Shown here: in pieces, positions 36,101-52,021 of the stretch
How the letters are laid out: each line of letters opens with the position of its first letter
How positions within the stretch are numbered: position 1 is the first letter of the stretch
DNA from: Octopus vulgaris
Taxonomy: Eukaryota
DNA length: 64,000 nucleotides
Reading direction: 5' to 3'
Assembly (NCBI GenBank): GCA_951406725.2
Contig: OX597816.1
Coordinates: 133,610,001-133,674,000 of the forward strand
Notes under the pieces: generated by a model
What the model was told of the DNA's origin: nothing
Databases searched by the model: none
What the model saw: the letters and a program-made list of their open reading frames with translations, nothing else
Made by a program: the position numbers and the translations under genes

Positions 36101-39100
36101 TGTCAAATTAAAATAGAGAAGAATGAAATGACAAGTAGAGCTATATTTGATATATACCACCACCTTCATATTTATACATAATTAACAGAAGTATTTAATT
36201 GTAATATTGTGAGTAGATTTGGTAGACAAAACTAAAAGAAACCCATCAGATATGCATGTGCACGTGTGTGTGTGTTACTGTCTCCTTGCCTTGATATCAT
36301 ATGACAGCCATCAAGCTGTAGAACATCTGACTCAACAAATTCTGTCTAACTCATGCAAACATAAGAAAAGTGGATGTTCAAACAATGATGATGATGATGA
36401 TGATTGTATGAAAAAAGTTATGTGGTTAGCATCTGAATAGATTTTGTATAATTAATTATTATAGCTACTGATATATAAAAGAAATTTTGTTATTGTATGT
36501 GAAAGAATTTCTATTACATTTCGGGTTTTATCTTTTTATCTTTTACTTATTTCAGTCATCATGCTGGGTACCACCTTGAAATATTTAGCCAAACAAATTG
36601 TCTCTAGTACTTATTTTTTAAAATCTAGTGCTTAAATCTCTTTGTCTCTTGCAGCTCCCCATCCATATATACTACAATACAGAAAATTTAAAAGAAAGAA
36701 AGCTACATATATATGCAGGAACTTTTTATAGTCTTTTTAGAAATAACTCCACTAGTGGAATGTAGGTATCTAGTTTCGTTTTTATGTTGTCATATGTGTT
36801 AGATGAGAAAAGACCACAACAAATGGCAAGATGCTGCAAGACCTATTCAGGACATGGCAGTATGAAAAAATGTAAAACAAAACATGAGTAACTTAATTAG
36901 TGCTTGGATATGATAGTCTGAAGTGGGGTAAATAATGGTGATGGTGCACTAAATAATAAAGGAAATTTAGATGAAGAAAATCATAAGCAATAATAAAAAA
37001 AATTATCAAGAGAGGAGAAGAGAAGGTGAGGGTGACAAATAAAAAAGTACTTATACTCCTTCCGGAAGATGAGGTTTTACTCATCAGATGGGAATGCCCT
37101 TTGACAGAGTATAGTCCTCTTGTAAATGGTAATTTTGCATCCATTCTCTTGACTTTTGCTTGTCTTAACTGATTTTCTTATACTTAATCTTATTCTTTTA
37201 CCATTTCAGTATTTCCCATCTATTTAATAGGATATGTACTTGGGTAGCTAGAGTTTATATACATTAATGTGTGTCTCTACTCCATATATGTCTGCTTGTA
37301 AAGTTCACCCACTAAAGTATTACTGCATTGCTGTCACTTCAACTTTTATTGTTCAAATTTATACAAAATACCAATTTTATCTCCTATATATGTAAGTCTC
37401 CTCATAAATAAGTTGCAGTACTAAATAAGTCACATTTCTTTCTGTTAGTAATTTAGTTTCAGCTGTTGATCCGTACATACTAACCATGTTGCCTTTCATG
37501 AAAACTGTTTGCAACTTCACTTGCAGTTGTGTTCAAATAATGGTTTCAAATTTTGGCACAAAGCCAGCAGTTATAGGAGACGAGGCTACTTATTTTATCA
37601 ATCCCGAAAGGCTGAAAGGTAAAACTAAACTCAGTGGAATTTGAACTCACAACATAAAAGCCAGAAGAAATGCTCACCATGTGAGCTGCAGAATGTGTTT
37701 AAATAATATACACATTTAACTGAAATAATTAAAATTATGGGCAATACAGTTTAGCAAAACCCCAGGACAATATATATCACACAGACCCACCAAGATCACC
37801 ACTTCTGACTGACTAACAATATAATCATACATAATGAACAATAGAGAACTACCCATATATATTTCACACAAATAGAAAGTATCAATAGATAAATTTATGA
37901 CACTGTGTTATGATGAAACAAATATTTACATATTGATTTTAATAAACTGCATTAAAAATACAGTTATAATATCCATATACTGGTTTCATGAATCAATATC
38001 ATTACTGACATTACTTTTTATCCTTTTGGAGTCGATAAAATAAGTACCAGTTGAACACTGGGGTTGATGACTTACTCCCTTCACCAAATTGCTGCCCTAG
38101 TGTTAAAATTTGAAATCAATGTCATTACTGACAGTTCACTCACCTATCAGCCAATGCTAATGCATACATGCTGTACATCACCCATCTAAAATGTTGAACT
38201 TTGAGCAGTATTATATTCACTTGAATCCAAGTATAACTGTGATGATATTTTTTTCGGATAGTTATGCAAGCAACAATAAGTCCATCACCATGTAAATTCA
38301 CCTTTAGGTGCAGGCATGGCTGCGGTTAAGAAGTTCACTTTACAATCATGTGGGTTTGGGTTCAGTACCACTTTGCAATATAATTGGTGTCTCATGAGTG
38401 AATTTGGTAAATAGAAGCTGTGTGGAAACCAACAAAAAGCCAAACTTGCTATCTTCTATTTGGTTTATGTGCCAGTTCAAACCTATGTATGGATGTTGGA
38501 TAATGACCAAAAGAGTACAATTGCACATATAAGGAGCTGAATTGAGGTACTTCAGAAGGACCTCTGGAGTAATGTTACTTGACAGGGTGCATAGCTTGGA
38601 GATTAGGAAATTTCTCCAGGTTGAGATGCTACCTCTCTTGATTGAAAGGTCACAGCTCCTGTACTACAAACATTTAATTAGAATGTCACATACACACACA
38701 TAAAATCACAACACAAGTTCTTTAAGCCAACTGACAGAGGACTAAGTGGTAGACCAATAAGACCCTATGGAGGAAGTGTCAGAAGAATTCTATCCCCACA
38801 ACCCTCCCAGGAATAGTTGGCAGAGAAAATGGATAGAGTTGCTCTGGTACACCATCACTGTCATCTTTATCTTCATCTACCCTATTACTATTACTCACCC
38901 TCATAATGTAGGATATCTCCTCTATAGAAAGATACAAGTTCTTGTCTCTCAATCATGCCTCTTACAACTAACATAAAGCCATTCTCCCCTCCCTAATATC
39001 CCACCCACTTAGTTATGGGCTTTTTCTCCTTCCTGTTCTTTTCTGACTGGTAACTTGATTAGTAACTTCATTAGTGCTAATGGCACAAAAAAAGTAGAAA

Positions 39101-39849
39101 AAAAAAGACAGCACCTGGGGCTGGGGGCATACTGTAATGTGGTTGACATTTGGAAGGCCATCCAGCCAGAGAAAACATGCCAAAGCAGACACTGGAGCTT
39201 GGCGTAGTCCTGCAGTTTGCTGGGTCCTGTCAAATTATCCAAACCATGGCAGCACAGAAAATAGATATTAAATGATGATGACTGAACCCAGAACCATGTG
39301 GTTGGGAAGTAAGCTTCTTTCTTACCACACAGCCACATCTGCATCTATATGCAAAAAGTTAACAAGTGTATCACTACAGATGCATTTCTTCTGTAACAAA
39401 ATTGACTTTGCTGCAAATGAGTGTGCCTGTTTTTGCATGTACCATTAACAACTTATATTTATTTAAAACATTACTATTCATTTACACTGTGTAGTAAACA
39501 TAACAACCAACTATACTCAATCATTGCCAGTGTGTTTTGTGTGTCAGTGATGCTTTGAATTTCTAGTCCAATGCTAGGTTTCATAAAGAAGTTGCTGATA
39601 TTTTTTGCAGCCTTTTTGTGTTTGCGAATTATCTACAAGTATATAACAGTATATCTCACATCTTTCATCTCAAACAATAACCCATTCTCTAGTACACAAT
39701 ACAAAGAAGCCACAAGTAAATACCTGAATTTAAAAAACAACTCAACATATGCAGGTAACATACAGACTCACATTCTCTATTAATTAGAACCTTACTCCTC
39801 TGAAGTGAGGCTACACTAAATAGTAAATTATGAGGCTAGATAACTTAGA

Positions 39850-40365
39850 AGATGGAAAAAAGACAACAGAAAGGTGAAGGAAGCATTGAAGGTAAAAGCA
39901 AAGAAAATATATCAATGGAGGAGATAACACAGAAGATGATAACAAAAGAAAATACTAAAAGATAAGATAACAGAAGAGAAGACAACCACAGAGAAGATAA
40001 GAGGAGAGAAGAAAACAGCATAGCCAGTAACAGAGGAGAAGATAACAGGAGATAGCAGAAAGAACAACAAAAGAGAAGGTAAGGAAAGATAACAGGAGAG
40101 ACAATAACAACGGAGATGACAAAAGAAGAGACGATAACAGGAGAGATGACAATAGGAGAGACAATAAGAGCAGACAAGATAACAGAAAAGATGATGAAAG
40201 CTGACAAGATAACTACAGAGACAATAACAGCAGAGAGGATAATGAAGAGAAGATAGCAGCAGAGACAATAACAGTGGAAAAGGTAACAGCAGAATGAAAC
40301 AACAGCGAAGAAAATGAGAGAAGACAACAAGAAATAATACAGCAATAAACTAGAAAACAACATAA
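39850..40365. repeat. Purine-rich degenerate minisatellite (about 15-18 bp; GACAATAACAG.AGA / AAGATAACAG)
   Basis: Repeated gagacaataacag / aagataacagaagag. Source of three overlapping hydrophobic low-complexity ORFs on -. Confidence 0.85.
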
Positions 40366-40626
40366 TTATTGACTAAGATCTAAAATGACTAACTTTACCA
40401 AGCTCCTATATATAGTCTTAAACAACATGAGGTTTCAATGATATAATATTACTGAATAAACATTTGTAATTACAATGTATGTTAAAACAGAGATATTGCA
40501 CAAGAAATTTAGGATTGGAAAAATGAATTTGATAACACTTTAAATATTAAAACATGTTAAAAGTTACTGGAACCTTAACATGTCACATCCAATTACACTA
40601 TCAAATGTTATGACAAAGATTTTTCA

Positions 40627-40917
<291 letters not shown>

Positions 40918-41144
40918 CTAACAACATCAACCTGATACATGAATCTATATTCAGAGAAATCTAATCCTACACTAAAATTGGATAGCAAACAATTTAATGC
41001 TTTAAATTATATTTAAATAAGCATCTGAAAATAATTAACTCTTCAATTTGTTTTTAAGAATTGCTAGATTAGATAAAGGAACATTTAAAAATAAAAACTA
41101 ACATAACATATAAATAATTATTATATAATTAATCAAAAAAATTA

Positions 41145-41327
<183 letters not shown>

Positions 41328-42669
41328 TCATACTATTCACAGATAACATAACACTTAATAATCAGTAGTTTATACAAACAGTTAACACTTCAAAGACATG
41401 CTTAAAATTTTGGGTTAGGTTTTAAAACTGATCAGAGAAGAATTTGGAGAATTTTCTGAAGTAAAATCAATTCTTTAAAAAGATTACAGAGAACGCATTT
41501 TAGTTGATAGCTTTAGTAACGGTTCCAAAGTTTCAGTTACTTTCACTGATATTTCTCCATCTTAGTACTGCAGAGCCAAAATTCTTTACTTTTCCAAGAT
41601 AAAATATTTTTCAAGTTTTCTTTTTATTTTCAAATGCCTTAGTACAGCTATGATAACAAGCATATTAAATAGATACCAAAATTAATAGATTACGTAAGTA
41701 TATTGCTATCTCAAAAGCAAATCTTTCAATGAGTTTTATTTGCAAAGAAATTTTATATATATTTTTTATGAGCCGGAGCATTCTGAAAAATCTGCAACAG
41801 TTGTTAAAGTGAGTATTTTTTCACTCTCTCAAATACTAAATAATCTAGCTTGAACAGCTCTCCATGATATCTATTTTGAGCATTTATATTTTTGTTTGAG
41901 GACATAATAGAATATTTAGAACAGTAACCAAATAATTACAACTGAATCTAAACACTCGTGGCTTCAAGAATAGAAAACTTTTAGCAGGGTTTGGATTGTC
42001 AAATAACCCAAATGTCACATCAAAAAAGAATTTCTTTTAACTTTGATTAAAAACAAATCATATTAGATATTGTAAACACTAACTAAAGATAGAAAAGAGC
42101 AACAAACTCTTTAACAAGAATCCATCCATACATATACTCCTTGATGGGTGGCAGCATTACTCTTCACACTACAGAGTACCTACAAGTTTCTTTTCTGCAT
42201 TTTCAGCAATTTTATCTTTAGAAGATAATTTGTCACTCACTTAGCATTAGCAGAATAGGTTATAATTCCACATATAAATATTATATATTGTCTTTAATAA
42301 TGTCTATATATGTCTAACAAATCAAGATAATGCACCTTGATTTGATGTTTTGCAACAAGATGTAACCTCACGAATCAAATTAAGTGCTAAGATTTCCAAT
42401 GCAAAAATTGAGATGAAAGAGAGCAAAAACCCACTGACAGGTCTACTGCTATAGCATCATTCATAATTACAAATCAAACCATTAAAAACTTTATCTTTTA
42501 TAAGAAAATAACTCACATTACAATATATTTTTAACTACTGAAAGCATTGATCCTCATAAACTTTTCAGACTCAAATATACACTATGCAGCAAAATTCTTT
42601 CTACTTGATTAAACAACAATTATGCATAAATTAAAGGCCAAACATCTGAAATATTTTGCATATTTTGAT

Positions 42670-42719
<50 letters not shown>

Positions 42720-43466
42720 TGTAGGCCTTACTTTTCCTTGACTTATATTAAAAAAAATAACATCTTTTTTCTGATTTAAAATCCAATGTGCTATAGTTCC
42801 AATTTTGTTAATACCAATCAGATAAACAACCATTGAAATTTTAGTAAGGTGCAGAGACCAAGACTAGCTGTATAATTCAGTAGTAAACCAAGTGAAAGCA
42901 AGCTTTCTTGAACATAATTATATCCAGTAGAGAAAGTGATAAGTTAAATGAATCCAGCTTAGGATTTGGCTTTCTATCTTCTTCCACCAAGAATTTAGAC
43001 TCATAAAAGTGATACACTTAGAATCTGATGTTAAATATTAAGAAATCATCAATTTCAACATATCCTGTAAACATATAGAAAACAAATGTAGAAAAAAAAA
43101 TGTAATATTTAAGAACATTCTTTCTTAAAATATATAGCAGCAGCAGTGGTAGTAGTAACTATGTGACTATTGTTAAGAAAGTCCAACAATATACTTCATT
43201 CTTGATTTACTCCGGTTAAGTTAATAAGCTTATAATTTTGCTGATGATTATAATAATCTTTTGAAGTGTATATTATATTTACTCTCTGTTTAACCTCAGT
43301 GATTTAACCTCAGTGATGCATCTGCAAAATGTGCTGTTACTTTTGAACACTGTTTTGATATTCCACGTGTTGCATACTCTCTGAATATTCTCAGACAGAC
43401 ACATGCATTGGACTTTTGATTACTCTCTACTTTGAGATTGCAAGTGACTGAAGGCTTATAACTATT

Positions 43467-43616
43467 GGCGTTAGGAAGGGCATCCAGCCGTAGAAACACT
43501 GCCAGATCTGACTGGGCCTGACGAAGCCTTCCAGCTTCACAGACCCCAGTTGACCCGTCCAACCCATGCTAGCATGGAAAACGGACGCTAAACGATGATG
43601 ATGATGATGATGATGT
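43467..43616 (+). mobile_element. Young 5'-truncated RTE 3' end with (GAT)n tail
   Basis: ggcgttaggaagggcatccagccgtag...gcatggaaaacggacgctaaacgatgatgatg; CpGs intact. Confidence 0.85.
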
Positions 43617-44047
43617 TTCAACCAGACTGATATTTAGTTGCCATTGGTGTCTCCTTCTTTGATATGTTTTATCTCTTAGGCTAAACTGAAACCAAGGAAC
43701 ATTACTTCTACATGAAGGGTAATAATGTCATCTAGCAGCACATATACAGTTATTGTTGCAATTTTAGTACATTTTGATTTACCGTTTAGTAATAGCAACC
43801 ATATTGAGCTGGCATCAGTACTAGGCTTTCTCTATGGATCATCAATGAGAATTATTTAGTGCTTCTTTGATTTTGCTAAGTTTCCACTGGTTCTCCATCA
43901 ATTATATAAATTTAATTCAATAATGATATGTTTTCTTTTTTTAGCACCATAAACTGTATTTGATAGCAAACAAGTTGCACGTTTTTCCCCGCCAAAATGC
44001 CTTTAAAAAAAATCACCCTGAGTCCCAAATGCAAAATTGGGTTTCCC

Positions 44048-44275
44048 TTAACCTTTTAGCATTCAGATTACTCTGTCAAATGTAATGCTTGTTTATTCAC
44101 ATTGTTTTGAATTAACCATGTATTATCTTGTAGCTATGAGATTTCACTGACGTGGGTGTTTATTTTTACAATGACATTGCAGGGTAGGTGTGAGAAGCTG
44201 GGCACGACCAGCTTGAACATAAAACAGGTAGAATAATTGGGCTGGATATAGCCAGTTTAAATGCTAAAGGATTAA
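44048..44275. mobile_element. piggyBac-like MITE (TTAA-flanked)
   Basis: TTAA-CCTTTTAGCATT ... AATGCTAAAGGA-TTAA terminal inverted repeats with TTAA target duplication. Confidence 0.8.
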
Positions 44276-44847
44276 GCTAATTTTGTCCCTGACACTCACT
44301 GCTTTATGCTAATTTTAATCCAGATGGTCTCCTTTTCTGCTTAGCCTTTCTTTTTACATACAGTAATATTCTCTGCTATAGCTAAGGTACCATTGTAATA
44401 TTCTGTAATGTACTGGTAGATTGCTTCCAATACTACATGCTTTAATCACAAAAACTTTTTTCCCAGAGCATATGCTGCTGAAACTGGGATGCATCTAATT
44501 TTATTGTGTGTCTTTTATACCATCAAATATTGTATATTCAGCCATTCCCGAGTAGTATGTTTCCCCTCTCATTAAAGCTTTACAATATTCCTTTGTTTTG
44601 ACATTTAGGAATGGCTTAAGTTTATTTATATAAGTAAAAAGCTATAAATACATTTCTTATGTTCTAGACACTCTTGGGTAGATTTAACCTCAGTGATGCA
44701 TCTGCAAAATGTGCTGTTACTTTTGAACACTGTTTTGATATTCCACGTGTTGCATACTCTCTGAATATTCTCAGACAGACACATGCATTGGACTTTTGAT
44801 TACTCTCTACTTTGAGATTGCAAGTGACTGAAGGCTTATAACTATTA

Positions 44848-45030
44848 CATCATCATCATCATCATCAATGTCTGTTTTCCATGCTGGCATGGTTTAAGCA
44901 GTTTGACCAGAGTGGGTAAGCAGGAGAGCTGCACCAGGTCCCAGTCTGGTTTGGCATGGTTTCGATGGCTGGGTGCCCTTCCTAATGTCAACCATTTTAC
45001 AGAGTGAGCTGGATGCTTTTTACATGGCAC
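44848..45030 (-). mobile_element. Older RTE 3' end, inverted relative to 43467-43616
   Basis: (cat)n...ttttccatgctggcatgg...tgcccttcctaatgtcaacca...gctttttacatggcac. Confidence 0.8.
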
Positions 45031-45132
45031 TGCAATAGTTGGAAAATTTCTGAAGTGTAACAAATTAACAAAAAGAATGTTGCAAATACTTTCTTAAAAT
45101 GTTTTTAAAAAATATTAGGAATACCAGTCTTA

Positions 45133-45225
<93 letters not shown>

Positions 45226-45736
45226 CTACAACAGAGCATTTATAAAAATTGATATCAAAAAACAAAATTGCAGATTGATTTTTTTTTTAAACTTGATTTA
45301 TATTTATCTTTCATCTTTAACATGTTTCAGTCATTAGACTGTGGCCATGCTGGGGCACTGCCTTCAAGAATGTTAGTTGAACAAATCAACTCCAGCACTA
45401 ACTTTTGTTGTTTTAAGTCCAGTACTTATTCAATCAATCTCTTTTGCCAAACTGTTAAGTTACAGGAGCATACACACAGACACACATACACACACACATA
45501 CACACACACAACAAAGGCTTTGGATTACCTGGGGCTATAATAAAAGACACTCGCTAAAGGTACTGCGCAGTGCAACTGAACCCAGAATTATGTGTTTGGG
45601 AAGAAAACTTCTTACCACACAGCCATACCTAATAATGGTATTTGATCAAATATGTTAACACATTTATATTTGAGCTTTCAAACATAAAAAGTAGATACTA
45701 AAAAGCATCAAACTCATTTACTCACTGTCAAAATCA

Positions 45737-46087
<351 letters not shown>

Positions 46088-46189
46088 CTATAGTAAATTG
46101 ATGGATGTTTGATCATATTAATGATGCTGACATTGACATGGGTGTTAAAATATGATTAAAAAGAACCTCTCTCTCTCATAGATCAATTC

Positions 46190-46752
46190 AACCTGGGATA
46201 TTCAGGAGCTTAAAGAGTATCAATAACTTTTCCAATGTATTCTATTACCCTAACAAATTATACTCCAGAGTTAGCCTGTATCCTCAGTATAATTTTCAAT
46301 CTTTCTCTCCCTAAATAAATCTACACCACAAATTCCATTCCCATAAAGGACATTTTTTTATTTTGCCAGCTACTGCCTTGTTGCTACTACTTCCAACATT
46401 TCAAAAGCAATGGAAACCGTAATAAATTACTATCAGAGACTTGCCTTTCAATATCAATTATCAATGGCCTCTCACATTTAAGAACTTTGGCAAAAGTAAT
46501 ATTGTTGCCATTGACAACATAAAAGCTTTCCACTGTGTCTGGAATGAGAAATTCCAAGCTAAGTTTCCTCACTTATAAGCTCCATTTGTTTCTCATCTTG
46601 ATATAGGATTCTCTAGTCAGACTATTTCAGTGCATCATGAACTGATACAGCTCTCCCTGAGCCATATTCTATCAACTCTAATATACTCCAAAGTTCAGTT
46701 GACTCAATATCATCCTTCTCTACAATAATGACATATCTGCCAATACTCCTAA

Positions 46753-46814
<62 letters not shown>

Positions 46815-46960
46815 TCAGATTACACAACTCACCACTTCTCTTTAACTTTCTAAAGACAGGTATTACCTCTAAATGTCTTAGACATTTCACAATAGATTGC
46901 ACAGTTTCCATGAATAGAAAACTTGAAAACAACCACCAATGAGAGTATGACAACCTAGTC
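46190..46960 (+). pseudogene. Decayed LINE reverse transcriptase relic (Jockey/CR1-like)
   Basis: + frames give PELACILSIIFNLSL, SYCLVATTSNISKAMET, FGKSNIVAIDNIKAFHCVWN (cf. D..KAFD.VWH) and LYNNDI. Confidence 0.7.
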
Positions 46961-47689
46961 TACAGCACAATACACAGTAGCTAAACATGTCAGAAAACTG
47001 TTTTACTGTACACATTCAGTACACATGAACAGTAAATAACCAAAGCTAAGTTGCTACAAGTGCTACACTTCACAATCTTTGACAATATCTCTTACTGTGA
47101 TTGCACTTTTATAACATTCAGCTCCAATCTATTGTTGTTCTTCTATAAAAATCAAGTGTGCTTCACATTAAAATACTGTTGTAGTTATTTTTGTTAACAA
47201 ACTGTATATCACCTCCAAGCCCATCTGATAAAATTGTTTCTTTTCATCTCATCCTCTAACTGTATGTCATCCTCAAACCCTTTTCTCAATCATTTCTATG
47301 CAGAGATGTAAAACTTTCTGGAATTACCCACTTGCTCACATTTCTCTTACAAGAGTCACTTTATAGAAGTTCAATCTGAATATCAACCATATCATTTTCA
47401 GTTGTCTTTAGAAGCCAAAGATGCTACCTTCATTCTAATGGAAGTTGACCTACACAATTTACTTGAACCTTTAGTAGTACAGGGTTCATGAGTAATATAT
47501 CTATGGACAGTTAAAAAGGGTATTTAGCTACTGAAGAAATCCCAACATAGAATTAAACCTCATCTGGCTGATCCCTCTTTTTTTCTTCACAATGATACTG
47601 TATCTTGAAACAAGTTATTTACATCAGTCTATACCTACAGTTGTACAATGAAGCATTGAAATAAACACCATTAAAATAGTGTGCTACTA

Positions 47690-47893
<204 letters not shown>

Positions 47894-49728
47894 TTAGCTT
47901 GGGTGACATAATAATCATATTCACTCTTGATATAATTTCAAAAGTTTATTGGACAAACAATACCTTAGCTAATTTTAAGGTCAATATTTACTTTTTTCTT
48001 GTTCATCATCACAACATCTTTGCCATAGCAGCCTTTTTTTCTTTGTTGACATTAACTGAACAGTTTTGCTCAGCATCTTAATTGGTTCATTGCAACCATT
48101 TTTAGTTCCTAGTTTCTAAGATCTGATTGCTTTATCTCAAGTTAAATCTGCATAACTTTCTACTACCAGTTCAAGTTCACAGTATAAATCCCACAAATCA
48201 GATTCAGTTCATTATTTCTTAATCACATTCTTGAGATACATGTATTTTCAGTAAATGTATCTTACATAGAAATTTTGTAGTAAATATGTTACAATTCATC
48301 ATAAATTATAGAGAATACAATGCTACAGCTATTCCTCCTAATTCATCAGTTCAATGTTTTTAGAAGTTAATATGGCACAGCATGACCCAGTCAGGAGTGA
48401 TTACATAATCTTTCTATACACTTTGGTTTTTGCATTTTTTTTATCAATGATGCTCAGCATTAACAGCTTTAATTTTAACAACTTCATTAGTGATCTACTG
48501 CTCAAAGATACCATCTACCATCAATTCACTGCCTCTTTTCTTTCCTCTAGTATGTTATCTATTCAAATTACATCAATATTATGACAGTTGTCTCCCTGTA
48601 CATCTTGACCTCCATTTTTGGTGACGAGTCGCTTTTCATTTTACAAACACTTAAGATTTTGTAAAAGTTTACATCTTAACATACTTAGATCATTATTTTT
48701 CTTTGATTGTTGTCGATAATCTATATTCATTGCTGGTATCTCATGTCTCATATAATCTGACTTTCAGAAGGAAAGAAACAAATCTTCTTGATTAGAAAGG
48801 TAGTAGTTCCCTCAACATTTTTCATTTCTAATGTAACCCTCATTACTATGTTAACATTAACTTCATCACCTTTGGCTAAAGGATTTTCCCTACAACTACT
48901 AATGATACATTCAGACTTAATTATCTGTTATAACACCATCACTTGGGCCCTTTGATACTTTTCATCAGAACCCACTTTATTGTAAGCATTCAGGCCAGAT
49001 TTCCAGTCTGAGGATAGCTTCCTTCTTCCTATCACTATCAGTAATCCTAAAAAAAGCAAGTAATTTATAGTCTTTAATCTTTTATTGCTCATCCACTTAC
49101 CTAATTGGAGCTAACTCTAGCATATCTGCTGCACAAAAAACTTAAGCTACCTCCCCGTCTGTTGGAGATGACATTTTTTGCATGGTCATGGCCACTGCTT
49201 TGACTAGTAACAATGTAGGACTTAAGTTCATGCACTGCAAGGAGGTTAAGTTCTAACAAGTGAGGTAGAATACGCCTTCAAATTTCGTAACTTTTATTAA
49301 TAGTCTTTTGCTGATTTACATCATCACTAGTTTTCTCAGATTCTAATATAAATACATGTTTATTAATAAGTACCTCAACTGATTAAGTTAACTTTGAAGG
49401 TATTTACTTTAAACCAATGGCATTGTACTCTTCATTATATATACTAAGTCTAATCAAAGTAATTTCATAAAATTTGTTCAGATTTTAAAAGTTTATTCCT
49501 ACCAAGATGAATAAGTGGTGAACATTACAGAAATCTGTTAATATGTTCTATAAATTTTAATTTGTAAAACTTCTGTAAAAATTTGTAAAACAATTTATAC
49601 AACATAAAAGAACAAATATAAAGTCTACAATTTAGAGCTGAAAATAACAGTTACCTCATGAATGTGTACATGTGTGTGTGTGTGTACAGAAGCATATATG
49701 TATAACTACCCCAAATCTACTGCAGCTA

Positions 49729-50241
<513 letters not shown>

Positions 50242-51983
50242 TTAAGCTACCTCCCAGTCTGCATACACATTTATATATAATACAGGCGTTTTAAGAAAAA
50301 TTAATTAGCTAAATATATGATGACATTTATGTATTTAATACAACACTGAATATGTAGTTTTTTCAGTTTTATCACAATATATTTTCCTACTATCATATAA
50401 AGATCAAGTTAATGGAGCAATTTGGGTGAAATACACAGAATTAATAACTCAAAGAGATTGTAAATAAGTTATCCAAAATGATTGCGTGTGTGTGGGGGGG
50501 GGGGGGGGGGTGTATGTGAGAAGACAAAATCAAGTATTAATATACACATGAATAAAGATCTATATAAAAATATGCTAAGTACACACACACACACACACAC
50601 ATACACACACGCACATATACATGAACTTTTATACTGATATGTGTGTGTGTGTGCACGTGCGTGGCATATTATACAATAGGCAAATGAAATGAGGATGCTT
50701 TTGATAGCATATAATAACAAGCGTTGCCAAAGATAATGAGAGGTTACAGCATACCTAAAAAATATACTGGCATAATTTCAAACATGCATGAAGGAGCCTT
50801 ATATCAAGTCAAGGTGGATGAAACTTAGTGAACTTTTGAGGTAAAGTATGGTGTTATTCAGTGAGGCATTCTACCTCCTCTACTTTTTGTTTTCGTGACT
50901 GTTTGTGTGACGGAGGTAAAATTTGGCAAGGAAGAGTTTGTGGAATACAAAGGACGTAACAAAAAAAAAGATGGGAACATATGCTGATAACAAGTGATGA
51001 TCACAAGAAATGCAACAAATATTGGCAGGTTTAATAAGGGAGAGGAGCAAGGTTGGTTAAGAAATGATGAATATAATGAATGCTGATACATTCAACTGTA
51101 GTAGAGAAAGAGAAGTGATAAAGACCACTGGTCACCTCAACTATTCAGCTATAATGGTTGCAAATAATTAGTTATTTGATAGTCAGTTTGGAAAAGGAAT
51201 TAGGAAAGCAGAACAAGAAATGGGCATGTTAAAGTTGATATGGAAATTCCACTATCTTTTGATCCACATGAAGGTAAGAATTTATATAACATTACTGAGA
51301 TCAATATTACTTTATGGACACTACATCTGACACTAAATTCCCAGCTACTGAACTGTACAATTACAGTACGTGCAGTCCAGAAACTTTTGATGACAGCCTG
51401 TATGTATGACATTGTACATACAAGCTGCAGCATCACTGCTGTCATCATTGTTATCATTCAGCATCATCATTTCTTTTATATCTATGCATTTACGTTTTTC
51501 CATACTGGTAGGAGTTGGATGAGAATTATTAAAGAAGTAATCTACTGCTAGCTGCCCTTCCTGACACCAATAATTAATTGTTTTCCAATTGGTGTATTTT
51601 TCTCACTGCTCTTCACACACTGAGACTGACTAAACCATCAATTTATGGGAGATATCATTTATGGGAATGTAAATAACAATATTGAAACATTATCAAAGTG
51701 AAGACACATACAACAAAAACAGCTGTATGTGCACATACACAAACACACACATAATTATGTGCGTGCACATGTGTGTATGTGTGTACATGTATACACACAC
51801 ACACACACACTTATATGTATACACAAAAGTGTGCATGTGCATATGTAGACACAAACAAGAGAATGTGAATACAAAGTTTGCTTTGAATTCTATCTCAGTG
51901 AGTGACATCTTGGGAAAATATCTTCTGCTGCAGCCTCTAGCCTTCTAACAAATCATCTTGCAGCACTGCACTTTCAAAGTATA

Positions 51984-52021
<38 letters not shown>

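Noticed and set aside
37050-37500. Possible Penelope RT relic on - strand
   Set aside because: Only vague motif resemblance (ELYKQT..., INSSYP); not supportable without a profile search.
39845-40363. Hydrophobic membrane-protein-like ORFs (172, 118 and 69 aa)
   Set aside because: Produced by a pyrimidine-rich minisatellite in all three frames inside an ACK intron.
50494-50510. G17 run (G-quadruplex potential)
   Set aside because: An isolated homopolymer within a (GT)n context with no supporting regulatory evidence.
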